Source: Candidatus Parvarchaeota archaeon | GTDB taxonomy: Archaea > Nanobdellota > Nanobdellia > Parvarchaeales > Parvarchaeaceae | Assembly (NCBI GenBank): GCA_023380615.1 | Contig: JAMCRO010000019.1 | Span: 1,706-65,705 of the forward strand | Direction: 5' to 3' | Length of the DNA stretch: 64,000 bases | In this document: piece after piece, positions 57,601-64,000 of the stretch | Layout of the letters: the number at the start of each line of letters is the position of its first letter | How positions within the stretch are numbered: position 1 is the stretch's first letter | Made by a program: the position numbers and the translations under genes | Notes under the pieces: generated by a model | Databases searched by the model: none | What the model was told of the DNA's origin: nothing | Seen by the model: the letters and a program-made list of their open reading frames with translations, nothing else

Positions 57601-60600
57601 TTTTTTGGTAGATGAATTTGACATATTTGCAAAGGTTACGCCCCATTTTGTACTGCTAGGTAAACCGGATTCGGTGAAATTAGAGATACAATAATCTTCC
57701 GTAAACTTTACATAGGTATAATGGCCTGCTTGTGCATAACCATTTGATTCATTGGAAACAAAATAACAATTATGGTAATCAATAGATGGCACAGAAAATG
57801 AATAATTACCACTTATAATATTGAAACTTATGTCCGATAAAGAAGATGAATTAGTCAGATTATCGTACTTTACAGCCCAGCTAATTCCGGACGGTAAGCC
57901 GGTTTCTATAAATTCGGAATAACAGTAATTTGAAAAGCTAATAATTGTGCTTGATCCAGCAGTTAAATAGCCGCTGCTTGGATCTGGCGTAAGATAACAG
58001 TTTGTTGATACTTGTATCCTTGGCACTGAAAAAGAGAAGTTTCCATAAATAGAGTCCACATCCAATGAACTATTAGAAGAATAATTTGTTATACCGTCGA
58101 ATTTAACACTCCAAGTTATTCCTTTTGACAAACCTGTTTCATTAAATAAAGTTATACAAGAAGAAGAAAAAGAAAGAAGTAAAGAAGAGCCTGCAGCAAT
58201 GTGACCGTCGCTTGGATTTGGAGTAAAGACACAGCCACCATCTTTTATGCTGTATGCAGTAAAGTTAAAAGTACCCGGAATCGTTGATAGCTCTAATGAA
58301 GTTTTATTTGAACTGTAATTGATATTATTATAAGTTAACGTCCATTTTGTATTAGAAGGAAGGTTACCCTCTGTAAATGTAGTGTAGCATCTTGTCTGAT
58401 TGAATATTAGATATAAAGTTGACCCAGCAGCAAGTTCTGAAGAGCCATTCTTGGCAACATACAGACAGTTATTTAAAGTTAAGTTTTCTACAGTGTACTT
58501 AAAAGTGCCTGGAGGAGTCACAAACTGGATGCTTGTACTTGTAGACGCACTGCTCTGATTATCATATGTTAAATTCCATTCACTTCCCGGTGGCAGCCCG
58601 TTCTCATAGAATACGGTTGTGCATCCTCCACTGTAACTTACGCTAACCCTTGAACCCGCTATCGTATTTCCAGAAGAAGGATTTGGTCGGTATGAACAGC
58701 TGGAATTGCCTATAAATGGCAGACTATACGCATAAGTACCGTTTATTGATGGCACTTTTATTACAGAGGCATTTGATGAAACCGTAGTGCCGTTATATGT
58801 AACAAACCAGTATGTGTTTTTTGGCAAGCCGGTTTCATTGAAAGAAGTAAGGCATGATGCAGTAAAATGAACTGTGAAATAACCTCCTGCTGCGGTACTA
58901 CTAGACAAAGGTTCCGGAGAAAATACACAATTAGATAGATTTATTGGATAAAATTTTGCCGTAAAAATTCCGGGAGGGGTGGTTATTGTAACGTTATTAT
59001 TAGAGGGACTCTCTGTTATCCCGTCAAAGGTAAGCTTCCACTGCGTATTAGCCGGCAAACCCCTCCCTATAAAGGTAGTATTGCAGGTATTTTCAATAAA
59101 TGATATATTTATATTTCCACCTGCGATGAGATAGCCTGAAGCGGGGGAGGGCAAAAAGGAACAATATGAAGAATCAACCGTATTCAAAGAAAAAGAGAAA
59201 TTACCCGGAGTTGTTATAAAGCTTATATTGGATAGGCTGGAAGAATTAAGAATTCCGTCATATTTAACAGACCAAGTAGCACCTGAAGGCAATCCATCCT
59301 GAGAAAATGTGGATAAGCATTCCTTTGTATATGAAATACTGGCAGATTCTCCTGCCACTAAATAGGAAGATTCAGGTTTAGGATAATAAAAGCACCCAGG
59401 CCCTGCATTTATGATTTCGGAAGTATAAGAGTGATTTCCGGGTAAAGCGTATATTATTACTGATTTATTGAAAGAACTTCCAGACACTCCATCAAAATTC
59501 ACATCCCACTCTGTATCATTTGGCAAGCCGGTTTCATTAAAAATAGTCTTGCAAGTGTTTATATAAGTAGCATTGACATACGAGCCTACTTCTGTAGTTC
59601 CACTTGGTGAAGTTAAATTTATATGGCAACCGTCCTCTGAAATGCTTTTAGGCTTTATATGATAATTATAAGAGTTATTCGAGAAAGAGTCATTAAATAT
59701 TATTTTTGAAGTATTGGATGCTTTTGATAAAACATTGAAGGTAACATTCCATTCACTATCGCTTGGTAAGCCAGTTTCCTTAAAAGTAGTAAGACAGAAT
59801 ATTCCTGTGAATTTAATATTCAAAATAGATGATGTGTTGAGTGTACCCTGTGTTACGTTTGAAGTATAGAAACAGCCGCTACTTTCAGCAGTGAATACTT
59901 TAAAGTTATACGATCCTTCGTTTGTTAAGAATGAAATTTGATTGGAGTTGGAGGAAGCGTTTATATTATTAAAGGACACATACCAGTCTGTCCCTTTCGG
60001 AAGACCGGTTTCCTTAAAAGAGGTTATACAGTTATCTCCAAAGATTATAGAAAGGTTATTACCGGGAGCTATTGATCCGGAAGAGGGCTGTGGGTCATAT
60101 GCACAGAATGTATTTATTGGTACGCTCTCTACGGAATACGGATTGGCGGATGAATTTGAGGAACTAACTATTATTTTATTTGAGGTAGAAGAATATAATT
60201 TGTAGGAATATATTTCAGATGGATTTGGCAAATTATAATCAAAATAAGAGGGAAAAGAATCATTTACTTCCCACTTTGTACCGTTAGGTAAGCCAGTTTC
60301 TGTAAAAATAGTCTTGCATGCAGCACTAAAATGAACCGTAATATGAGAACCTGCAACTAATATCTCATTATAACTTGTAGAAAAAACACAGCCGTTTATA
60401 CTTACAGTAGGGATATGAACAGAGTAGTTTCCTGGATCCGTTGTGACTACGGTAAAATTCCTTGTTGAATAATTAGTTATATTGTCTATCGAAACGCTCC
60501 AATTTACATTTTTGGGCAGGCCTGTTTCAGTAATATTAGAAGTACATGAGCTTGGAGAGAAATAAACGCTGGCATTTCCACCTGAAACAAGATTACCGCT

Positions 60601-63363
60601 AGAATTAAGTGATTTAAAAATACAGCCTTTACCAAAGGTGTTTGGCACGTTGTAAGAATAATTTCCAGGCGGGTTTAATATAGACAAATTGTCTTTGTAT
60701 GTTGAAATGGTATTTCCATCGTAAGTTACGGACCATTGCACATTGTTGTAAAGCCCAGCCTCATAAAAGGTTGATATGCACTTCTCAACATAATTTACTG
60801 TGAGTCCTGTTCCAGCCGTATCGTTCCCAACGGCAGGCTGTGGTATGTAGTAACATGAACTTCCCGCACTAACATTACTTATTGAGTATGGAAAAGTACC
60901 GTAACTGGTCTTTATAGCTATTAATGTACCTATGGAAGAGTTAGACTTACTGTTATAACTAACACTCCAAAGACTGTTTACTGGAAGACCTTTTTCATTA
61001 AAATCCGTATAGCATAAGCTGCTGAAGCCTATGACCGAAGAAGAACCTGCATATATAAATCCACTAGATTCATTTGGTGAGAACACGCATGTTCCAAGGG
61101 TTATCTTTCCAACCGAAAAAGAATAGTTTCCTGGAAAGCTGCTGAAAGAAATTGAATTTGTCTGGGAATCTGAAGTTGAACCATTAAAAATTACCTGCCA
61201 AGAAGCCCCTTGCGGCAAGCCAACTTCCGAAAAAACTGTATCGCATGTTGTAAGATTAAACGTTACATGTACATCGTTACCAACACTTGTAGATCCGGAA
61301 GTTTGATTTGGCGCATAGTTACAGCCATTGTAGCTTGTCTGCGGTACTTGATAGTAGTACTTACCCTGCGGAAGCAGAAACGATACATTCTGATTTATAG
61401 AATGCTTTGTTATTCCTGCAAATGTTACCGTCCAATTCGCCCCGGATGGCAAACCAGGATCTATAAAATCTGTCGTACAATCATCTGTAAATCCTACTGT
61501 TTCGTTTGAACCTGCCGTTATACTACCAGAAGACGGAGAAGGTACATAATAACACCCCCTACTTATCGGTTGCGAAGCAATTGAAAAAGGATAGGAACCG
61601 TTTACCGTATCAAAATAAATTCCTGTTGACGTTGATAATTTTGTTTTATTATCAAAAGTAGCATTCCATTCAGTGTCATTCGGCAGACCTGTTTCACTGA
61701 AGGTTGTAGTACATTCTCCCGAAAATGTTATAAGTTGGAGTTCTCCCGCAAGTATGGTTCCATTTTTAGGAGAAGGGGTAAATATGCAGTTTCCAACCTT
61801 CAGTACTGACACATTATAATAAAAAGTTTTTCCCTTATAGTAAGGGAATTCTATCGAGGAATTAAACGCTCCGTCTCTTGTCTGATTGTCATAATCCACT
61901 GACCAAGACACCCCTATAGGTAACCCTTTGGAAACAAAAACAGTATGACATGTTTGAGCAAAAGATATAATGAGAGAGGAACCTGCTGTTAAATTTCCAG
62001 TAGAAGGAGTAGGAGAGTATATGCACCCCCCTTGAGTCGCATTTGGAACAGAAAAACCAGCGAATACATTAGATGTATTGAATCTTATTGTATCATAAGT
62101 GGACTGTTGGATTTTATTGTCATACCTTACTGTCCAATTCAAACCTACCGGCAGATTTTTCTCTAAAAAGGATGTTATGCAACTTCCAGAAAAATCAACT
62201 AAAATAGAAGAACCGGCAGCTACTGGATTGCTAGAATTTGCAATTGGACTAAATGTGCAATTCCCAGATATTATTGGCTTTAATTTTAAGTTACTAACCG
62301 TGTAATTAGAACTTATCACCAAGGATGAATCAGAAGAGTGTGCAGTTATGTTATCAAAGGTCGCATTCCACTTTGTACCCACTGGCAAACCTTCTTCACT
62401 TACTGAAGTATTGCATACGGAATTAAAGGTTATCAAAACAGTTTGGCCTACCGTAGCGTTTCCATTTTCTGGATCTGGAGTAAAGATGCAGTTGTTTTTG
62501 TTAATTACTGAGACATTAAATATTGGAATCAAAGAAGCCGAATTGGTGGGAATGAAAACTATCTGAGTAGAATTTGAACTATTTGTTAGATTATCATACC
62601 TTATGGTCCAGGTATATCCTTGCGGTAAACCTGTCTCTAAAAATGTAACTGTATTTGATTTAGAACTGCATGTTGTGAAAAAGATGATATATTCAGATGA
62701 ACCTGCATTAACAGATCCTGATTGGGGATAAGGGTAATAAGGACAACCATTATAGGCTGAATCAGATACTGAAAAAGGGTAATTTCCATAAGAAGAAATG
62801 AAATACGTAGAATTCGTGTTAACATTTCTAGAAACATTGCCATACAAAACTGTCCAGTTTACTTTATTAGGTAAACCATACCTAACAAATGTCGTATTGC
62901 ATACTGCCGAAAACGAAATATGAACGGAATTTCCGGCAGAGGTATTACCTGATTCTGGAGAAGGCAAGAAAGTACAGCCGTTTAAAAAGACTTTATTTAC
63001 ACTAAATGAAAAGCTTTTGAGAAAAGAAGAATAATTTAGATAATTTACATTAGAATAGGATGTACCGGATGGAAGCGAAATAGACCAAAGTGTATTTAAA
63101 GGCAGCCCAGATTCATAGAAAATTGTGTACTTTGGTGCAGGAATGGTGGTATTTGTAATATTTGTAGGAGGAGTAACACTTATATTTTTAGGAGCGGTTA
63201 TTGTTATTGGTTTTAATCCAAACAATTTTGCAATGTTTAAGCCTAGGAAACTATTGAGCGTGCTCAAAAAAAACAAGATTATAAATAGTATGATTATCGC
63301 AATTAAAAACGCTGTAAAGTGTACACTATGGCTTTTCTTTTGAGATTGCGTAGTAGATTTCAT
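51697..63363 (-). CDS. giant (3888 aa) Ser/Thr/Asn-rich surface glycoprotein: N-terminal signal-anchor, more than 20 tandem about 100-aa two-Cys repeats, then at least 4 lectin-like modules
   Basis: N-terminus MKSTTQSQKKSHSVHFTAFLIAIIILFIILFFLSTL. Repeats of the form E.GLP.G..W.V.YDN.T..S......F....G.Y.F.V........C.F.P.P.SG...AGS...I.F...C.T.F fill the first roughly 2300 aa. The C-terminal half carries modules with FQQM(I/V)..N.T, SWLESY..KYAIFWIKLPNGIPADTTIQDVAIGFASNDTNLFN, GEAPQLS.TY(A/G)EYDDG(A/V)(N/D)VF..Y.NF.GT and W.R.R(A/V)YPP(N/D)GVMPS. Sequon density is very high. No C-terminal TM is present. Confidence 0.85.
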   Translation of the reverse strand: MKSTTQSQKKSHSVHFTAFLIAIIILFIILFFLSTLNSFLGLNIAKLFGLKPITITAPKNISVTPPTNITNTTIPAPKYTIFYESGLPLNTLWSISLPSGTSYSNVNYLNYSSFLKSFSFSVNKVFLNGCTFLPSPESGNTSAGNSVHISFSAVCNTTFVRYGLPNKVNWTVLYGNVSRNVNTNSTYFISSYGNYPFSVSDSAYNGCPYYPYPQSGSVNAGSSEYIIFFTTCSSKSNTVTFLETGLPQGYTWTIRYDNLTNSSNSTQIVFIPTNSASLIPIFNVSVINKNNCIFTPDPENGNATVGQTVLITFNSVCNTSVSEEGLPVGTKWNATFDNITAHSSDSSLVISSNYTVSNLKLKPIISGNCTFSPIANSSNPVAAGSSILVDFSGSCITSFLEKNLPVGLNWTVRYDNKIQQSTYDTIRFNTSNVFAGFSVPNATQGGCIYSPTPSTGNLTAGSSLIISFAQTCHTVFVSKGLPIGVSWSVDYDNQTRDGAFNSSIEFPYYKGKTFYYNVSVLKVGNCIFTPSPKNGTILAGELQLITFSGECTTTFSETGLPNDTEWNATFDNKTKLSTSTGIYFDTVNGSYPFSIASQPISRGCYYVPSPSSGSITAGSNETVGFTDDCTTDFIDPGLPSGANWTVTFAGITKHSINQNVSFLLPQGKYYYQVPQTSYNGCNYAPNQTSGSTSVGNDVHVTFNLTTCDTVFSEVGLPQGASWQVIFNGSTSDSQTNSISFSSFPGNYSFSVGKITLGTCVFSPNESSGFIYAGSSSVIGFSSLCYTDFNEKGLPVNSLWSVSYNSKSNSSIGTLIAIKTSYGTFPYSISNVSAGSSCYYIPQPAVGNDTAGTGLTVNYVEKCISTFYEAGLYNNVQWSVTYDGNTISTYKDNLSILNPPGNYSYNVPNTFGKGCIFKSLNSSGNLVSGGNASVYFSPSSCTSNITETGLPKNVNWSVSIDNITNYSTRNFTVVTTDPGNYSVHIPTVSINGCVFSTSYNEILVAGSHITVHFSAACKTIFTETGLPNGTKWEVNDSFPSYFDYNLPNPSEIYSYKLYSSTSNKIIVSSSNSSANPYSVESVPINTFCAYDPQPSSGSIAPGNNLSIIFGDNCITSFKETGLPKGTDWYVSFNNINASSNSNQISFLTNEGSYNFKVFTAESSGCFYTSNVTQGTLNTSSILNIKFTGIFCLTTFKETGLPSDSEWNVTFNVLSKASNTSKIIFNDSFSNNSYNYHIKPKSISEDGCHINLTSPSGTTEVGSYVNATYINTCKTIFNETGLPNDTEWDVNFDGVSGSSFNKSVIIYALPGNHSYTSEIINAGPGCFYYPKPESSYLVAGESASISYTKECLSTFSQDGLPSGATWSVKYDGILNSSSLSNISFITTPGNFSFSLNTVDSSYCSFLPSPASGYLIAGGNINISFIENTCNTTFIGRGLPANTQWKLTFDGITESPSNNNVTITTPPGIFTAKFYPINLSNCVFSPEPLSSSTAAGGYFTVHFTASCLTSFNETGLPKNTYWFVTYNGTTVSSNASVIKVPSINGTYAYSLPFIGNSSCSYRPNPSSGNTIAGSRVSVSYSGGCTTVFYENGLPPGSEWNLTYDNQSSASTSTSIQFVTPPGTFKYTVENLTLNNCLYVAKNGSSELAAGSTLYLIFNQTRCYTTFTEGNLPSNTKWTLTYNNINYSSNKTSLELSTIPGTFNFTAYSIKDGGCVFTPNPSDGHIAAGSSLLLSFSSSCITLFNETGLSKGITWSVKFDGITNYSSNSSLDVDSIYGNFSFSVPRIQVSTNCYLTPDPSSGYLTAGSSTIISFSNYCYSEFIETGLPSGISWAVKYDNLTNSSSLSDISFNIISGNYSFSVPSIDYHNCYFVSNESNGYAQAGHYTYVKFTEDYCISNFTESGLPSSTKWGVTFANMSNSSTKKYISLNTTKGLYNFTVPAVNIAGCRYIATPANGGIAAGSDTDVSFSVSFCITTFNETGLPLKDNWSVTYNSIKNSSISSNITFNTSALSSFGFSVQAENQSQCNFIPVPSSGSVTSGSTEMINFSSVCHTYFKEEGLPSGYTWIVNLNGKNGSSKSNIMEFTTSYSDNYTFKVYPSVDYNSGFLSNISGGFIASGSNATFVFSNDTSAYKKPVIIPISFYNNQSTATSQPFQQMLVFNSSKYSKDENSKLTNIMFTYQNGTVIPSWLESGNSNTSNDTVYWLKIKSIPAESSIAIDMIFNQTLLAYSNNFNINTTGEAPQLSSTYAEYDDGANVFNFYANFNGTSLNTNIWNSGAVSGSKVSVDNGLTISGDGSTSGSTYVATTHQVFSNNEILEGYINQNKGNTGNERGLIGISTVSNSEPVWDNNGGTGDTIAGWSAGKDNLGDIIQSESVLNGAYTYLQSTSYNLNWNIYSVSLSSVNGVTTFLNYGSTSSTTSDNPSAPLYINLGDYNTGNGASFDQQYQWIRVRAYPPNGVMPSVFINLTLVTTNLTETGLPQGYRWYASFDGINKSATADYMTFSTVPGRYNLSVYTSSNKSSTLNCISTYTSNVTDSKENAGAIINIHFSLSSDLCTTVFSEKGLIGNWSVAFDGKNGSTSASQTSDLSNITKYKLLKISNFQNVSTASSFQQMVTVNNTVYGGLAASNFQNVEFFYPNGTIISSWLENYGYSNDAVYWLDLGEIPANSFTYVYIGFASNSTDVLNSLNSSVSPKLGPYPQPSTGSQLPVKLSENYTSCGDFFNMENYPGGNNEMICSWGGGDVNIYMAGGSGGYSGLSIISVSTGKSYFNDFFNTPYCLSSYGSVNLPPGQYLLGTSRGNGGGSCGPGGFILTAPTIALSYPNGVMPTVSFIAPKTSLNNSNNTIIIHNIPYGNYTATASTNMSCRVKPASVEAGSTYVFSNWDCTTTFNQSTLPKGNNWWVDYNGVNNSNKTGSAIKINFNSSNSIIYTYSAGSNISCSSNGIADPGTSNNISSWACIKQFVEEGLPSGTNWTVKYDNKVNSSISNLITLASNFGNYSYSINNITFSSEIYVPNSSSGYTVSFGKLTINFSKHSLVTPQSIYKYAVLNITNSQTSATKQPFQQMINLTLNSSYNKYINQTGKHSFQNIEFFNTTTGKVLDSWLESYTSKYAIFWIKLPNGIPADTTIQDVAIGFASNDTNLFNINNTGEAPQLSPTYAEYDDGANVFNFYDNFKGTSLNTTKWSSFGSSGTSGSTSDIIVSNKLTLTGGGTGGLSHQTWIKTSLSSGSFDGSVVADVYENSPSTNTTFRWGFTNSNPTYFGGSSTQSFGEQIYDNGNWYANTDAGSSGTQNEIGSWSSLANTSVIWSIAATDTQVLFYNPNTYSTLGSSGQTITTTIPAYSSSIGLSLTNEYTNPISVYWVNVRAYPPDGVMPSVKLNTLVTKPITLFINGISNNNITMIYGKDSNFTVESDNHYVKLWKELNNSVVSLTNLSGNISTYSNLFAAGKIKVIGGSNSTSIKNVSYYNTINKATPVLNLVSNPNKNYLYNGTSLIINVSISTINNQLNATLYINGIFNKTINKSTTLNLSSRVGNYTIVLNTSGNQNYTANSITITRDIYPQLSSSLIYYMPINITNAQSIPTSVPFQQMINLTITSSDSQYINQTGKYSLQNVEFFNIATGKVLDSWLESYTSKYAIFWIKLPNGIPADTTIQDVAIGFASNDTNLFNTNNTGEAPQLSSTYGEYDDGVDVFTEYWNFAGTTVPSGWTSSGTVSINNGVTINPSSGTGAIETNDTYGPSSDTLLEFYGDIPSSTSADQSAIGFITGTTSYDMQVAWTMLDYSGTGSLSISTAYPQTIQTDGGTRTALSSPTTSGTNLWQIYWPNSSASYFSYNYGSKGKITTNPSSSLKIGIIGEQSTTSPQIGPIYWFRIRVYPPDGVMPSVSLGSVLP
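52381..52620. repeat. near-identical direct repeat copy 1 (inside 3888-aa gene)
   Basis: tatcatttgatgcaaagcctattgcaacgtcttgtatggtcgtatctgcaggtatgccgttcggcaatttgatccagaatatggcgtactttgaagtgtagctctcaagccatgaatctagtaccttgccggttg... is almost base-for-base the same as 53941-54190. Confidence 0.75.
53941..54190. repeat. near-identical direct repeat copy 2 (inside 3888-aa gene), about 1.56 kb from copy 1
   Basis: See the 52381..52620 entry. Only a handful of mismatches are visible by eye over about 240 nt. Confidence 0.75.
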
Positions 63364-63382
63364 AATACCTTTTTAGACTATA

Positions 63383-63396
63383 ATATCTACAGATAT
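63383..63396. promoter_or_regulatory. perfect inverted repeat ATATCT-AC-AGATAT in the divergent promoter region between the 3888-aa gene and xth
   Basis: The arms are 6 bp with a 2-bp spacer. It lies 20 nt upstream of the giant-gene start codon (minus strand) and 35 nt upstream of the xth ATG. Confidence 0.25.
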
Positions 63397-63430
63397 TCAT
63401 ATAAATACTATATATAGAATATAATAGACT

Positions 63431-64000
63431 ATGAAATTATTTTCCTGGAATGTAAACGGGCTAAGAAGCGTAGTAAGAAAAAACGAGATTCAGAAGATAA
63501 TAAACAGCAGTGAATATGATGTTATTTTATTGCAGGAAACAAAAATCGAAGGGATAAACGGCATAATAAAAACAGACCCATACATTTCATACATAATGCC
63601 TTCAAGGGTAAAAAAAGGGTACAGCGGGGTTATGGCGCTCTGCAAGGAAAAGCCGATGGATGTGATTTATGGCATTGGAAACGAAAGGTATGACAGTGAA
63701 GGCCGGGTAATAACTCTTGAATTCAAGGACTACTTCGTAATAAACAGCTATTTCCCTAATTCAAGGAGGGATTTAAGCAGGCTTTCTTATAAGCTAGAAT
63801 TCAATAAAAGCATACTTGAATTTATGGAAAACCTGAGAAAGAAAAAACCCATAGCGATAGGGGGGGACTTCAACGTTGCACACACTGAATTGGACATAGC
63901 TAGGCCTAAACAGAATGAAGGAAACGCAGGTTTTACTGTACAGGAAAGGAAGTTCGTAGACGAACTTATAGATAATGGATATATGGATACCTTCAGGTTA
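63431..64000 (+). CDS. xth: exodeoxyribonuclease III / AP endonuclease (EEP family), N-terminal 190 aa; gene continues beyond the window
   Basis: MKLFSWNVNGLRSVVRK...VILLQETK... matches the ExoIII/APE1 start (SWNVNG, QETK). The frame stays open to the window end. Confidence 0.85.
   Translation, partial: MKLFSWNVNGLRSVVRKNEIQKIINSSEYDVILLQETKIEGINGIIKTDPYISYIMPSRVKKGYSGVMALCKEKPMDVIYGIGNERYDSEGRVITLEFKDYFVINSYFPNSRRDLSRLSYKLEFNKSILEFMENLRKKKPIAIGGDFNVAHTELDIARPKQNEGNAGFTVQERKFVDELIDNGYMDTFRL

Noticed and set aside
52208-62566. Numerous 60-150-aa plus-strand ORFs (e.g. 52208..52480, 57236..57694, 59942..60205, 62348..62566) inside the 3888-aa gene
   Set aside because: They are antisense shadow ORFs of a long, well-supported minus-strand gene. 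Their translations are composition artefacts with no motif.
1-64000. CRISPR arrays, rRNA/tRNA genes, transposases or integrases
   Set aside because: There are no regularly spaced short direct repeats, no GC-rich 75-nt cloverleaf candidates in intergenic regions, and no DDE, serine or tyrosine recombinase motifs in any ORF.
1-64000. Mollicute (bacterial, wall-less, AT-rich) origin
   Set aside because: The long ORFs are intact under the standard code, so no UGA-Trp reading is needed. SD sites match GGAGGTGA, and TATA-like elements sit about 25-35 nt upstream of start codons. Cytochrome b, Lhr-MPE, AlaX and sequon-saturated surface proteins fit Thermoplasmata better. This remains an inference.

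Overview
This AT-rich 64 kb window reads as an archaeal chromosome segment, most likely from a cell-wall-less Thermoplasmata-like acidophile. That assignment is an inference from leaderless TATA-type promoters, Shine-Dalgarno sites matching GGAGGTGA, a cytochrome b fragment, an Lhr helicase paired with a metallophosphoesterase, AlaX, SpeH and two giant N-glycosylation-sequon-dense surface proteins. No rRNA, tRNA, CRISPR array or transposase was found.

Two enormous genes on the minus strand dominate the window: one of 2246 aa (13787..20527) and one of 3888 aa (51697..63363). Both encode Ser/Thr/Asn-rich proteins with hundreds of N-x-S/T sequons, about 100-aa two-cysteine tandem repeats, and a shared roughly 350-aa lectin-like module that ends in 'YPPNGVMPS'. 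Near-identical DNA copies of that module recur within and between the two genes.

The remaining genes fall into four groups:
- Metabolism and transport: a short-chain dehydrogenase, an aldo/keto reductase, an isochorismatase-like hydrolase, an FMN reductase, SOD, Bcp, a glycerol cluster (glpQ-glpK-MFS plus a GlpA-like dehydrogenase), several MFS transporters and an ABC-2 exporter.
- DNA and RNA maintenance: a UvrD-like helicase fused to a RecB/Cas4-like nuclease, an overlapping Lhr helicase plus metallophosphoesterase pair, Nth, Xth (partial), Dcd, a DEAD-box helicase and AlaX.
- Regulators: HxlR and PadR family proteins.
- Accessory and unexplained content: a two-gene small-membrane-protein cassette present three times around speH, with the KDKAPL motif in the first gene of each pair. 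A block of five lysine-rich hypothetical ORFs at 44.8-47.8 kb, one probably frameshifted. Two divergent nitrilase-superfamily-like paralogs. A NUDIX domain fused to a KsgA-like methyltransferase domain. A decayed Hsp20 gene. A truncated duplicate of an ABC ATPase start. Tandem type-II membrane glycoprotein paralogs at the window start.

All calls rest on reading the supplied translations and DNA by eye. No searches or statistics were run.
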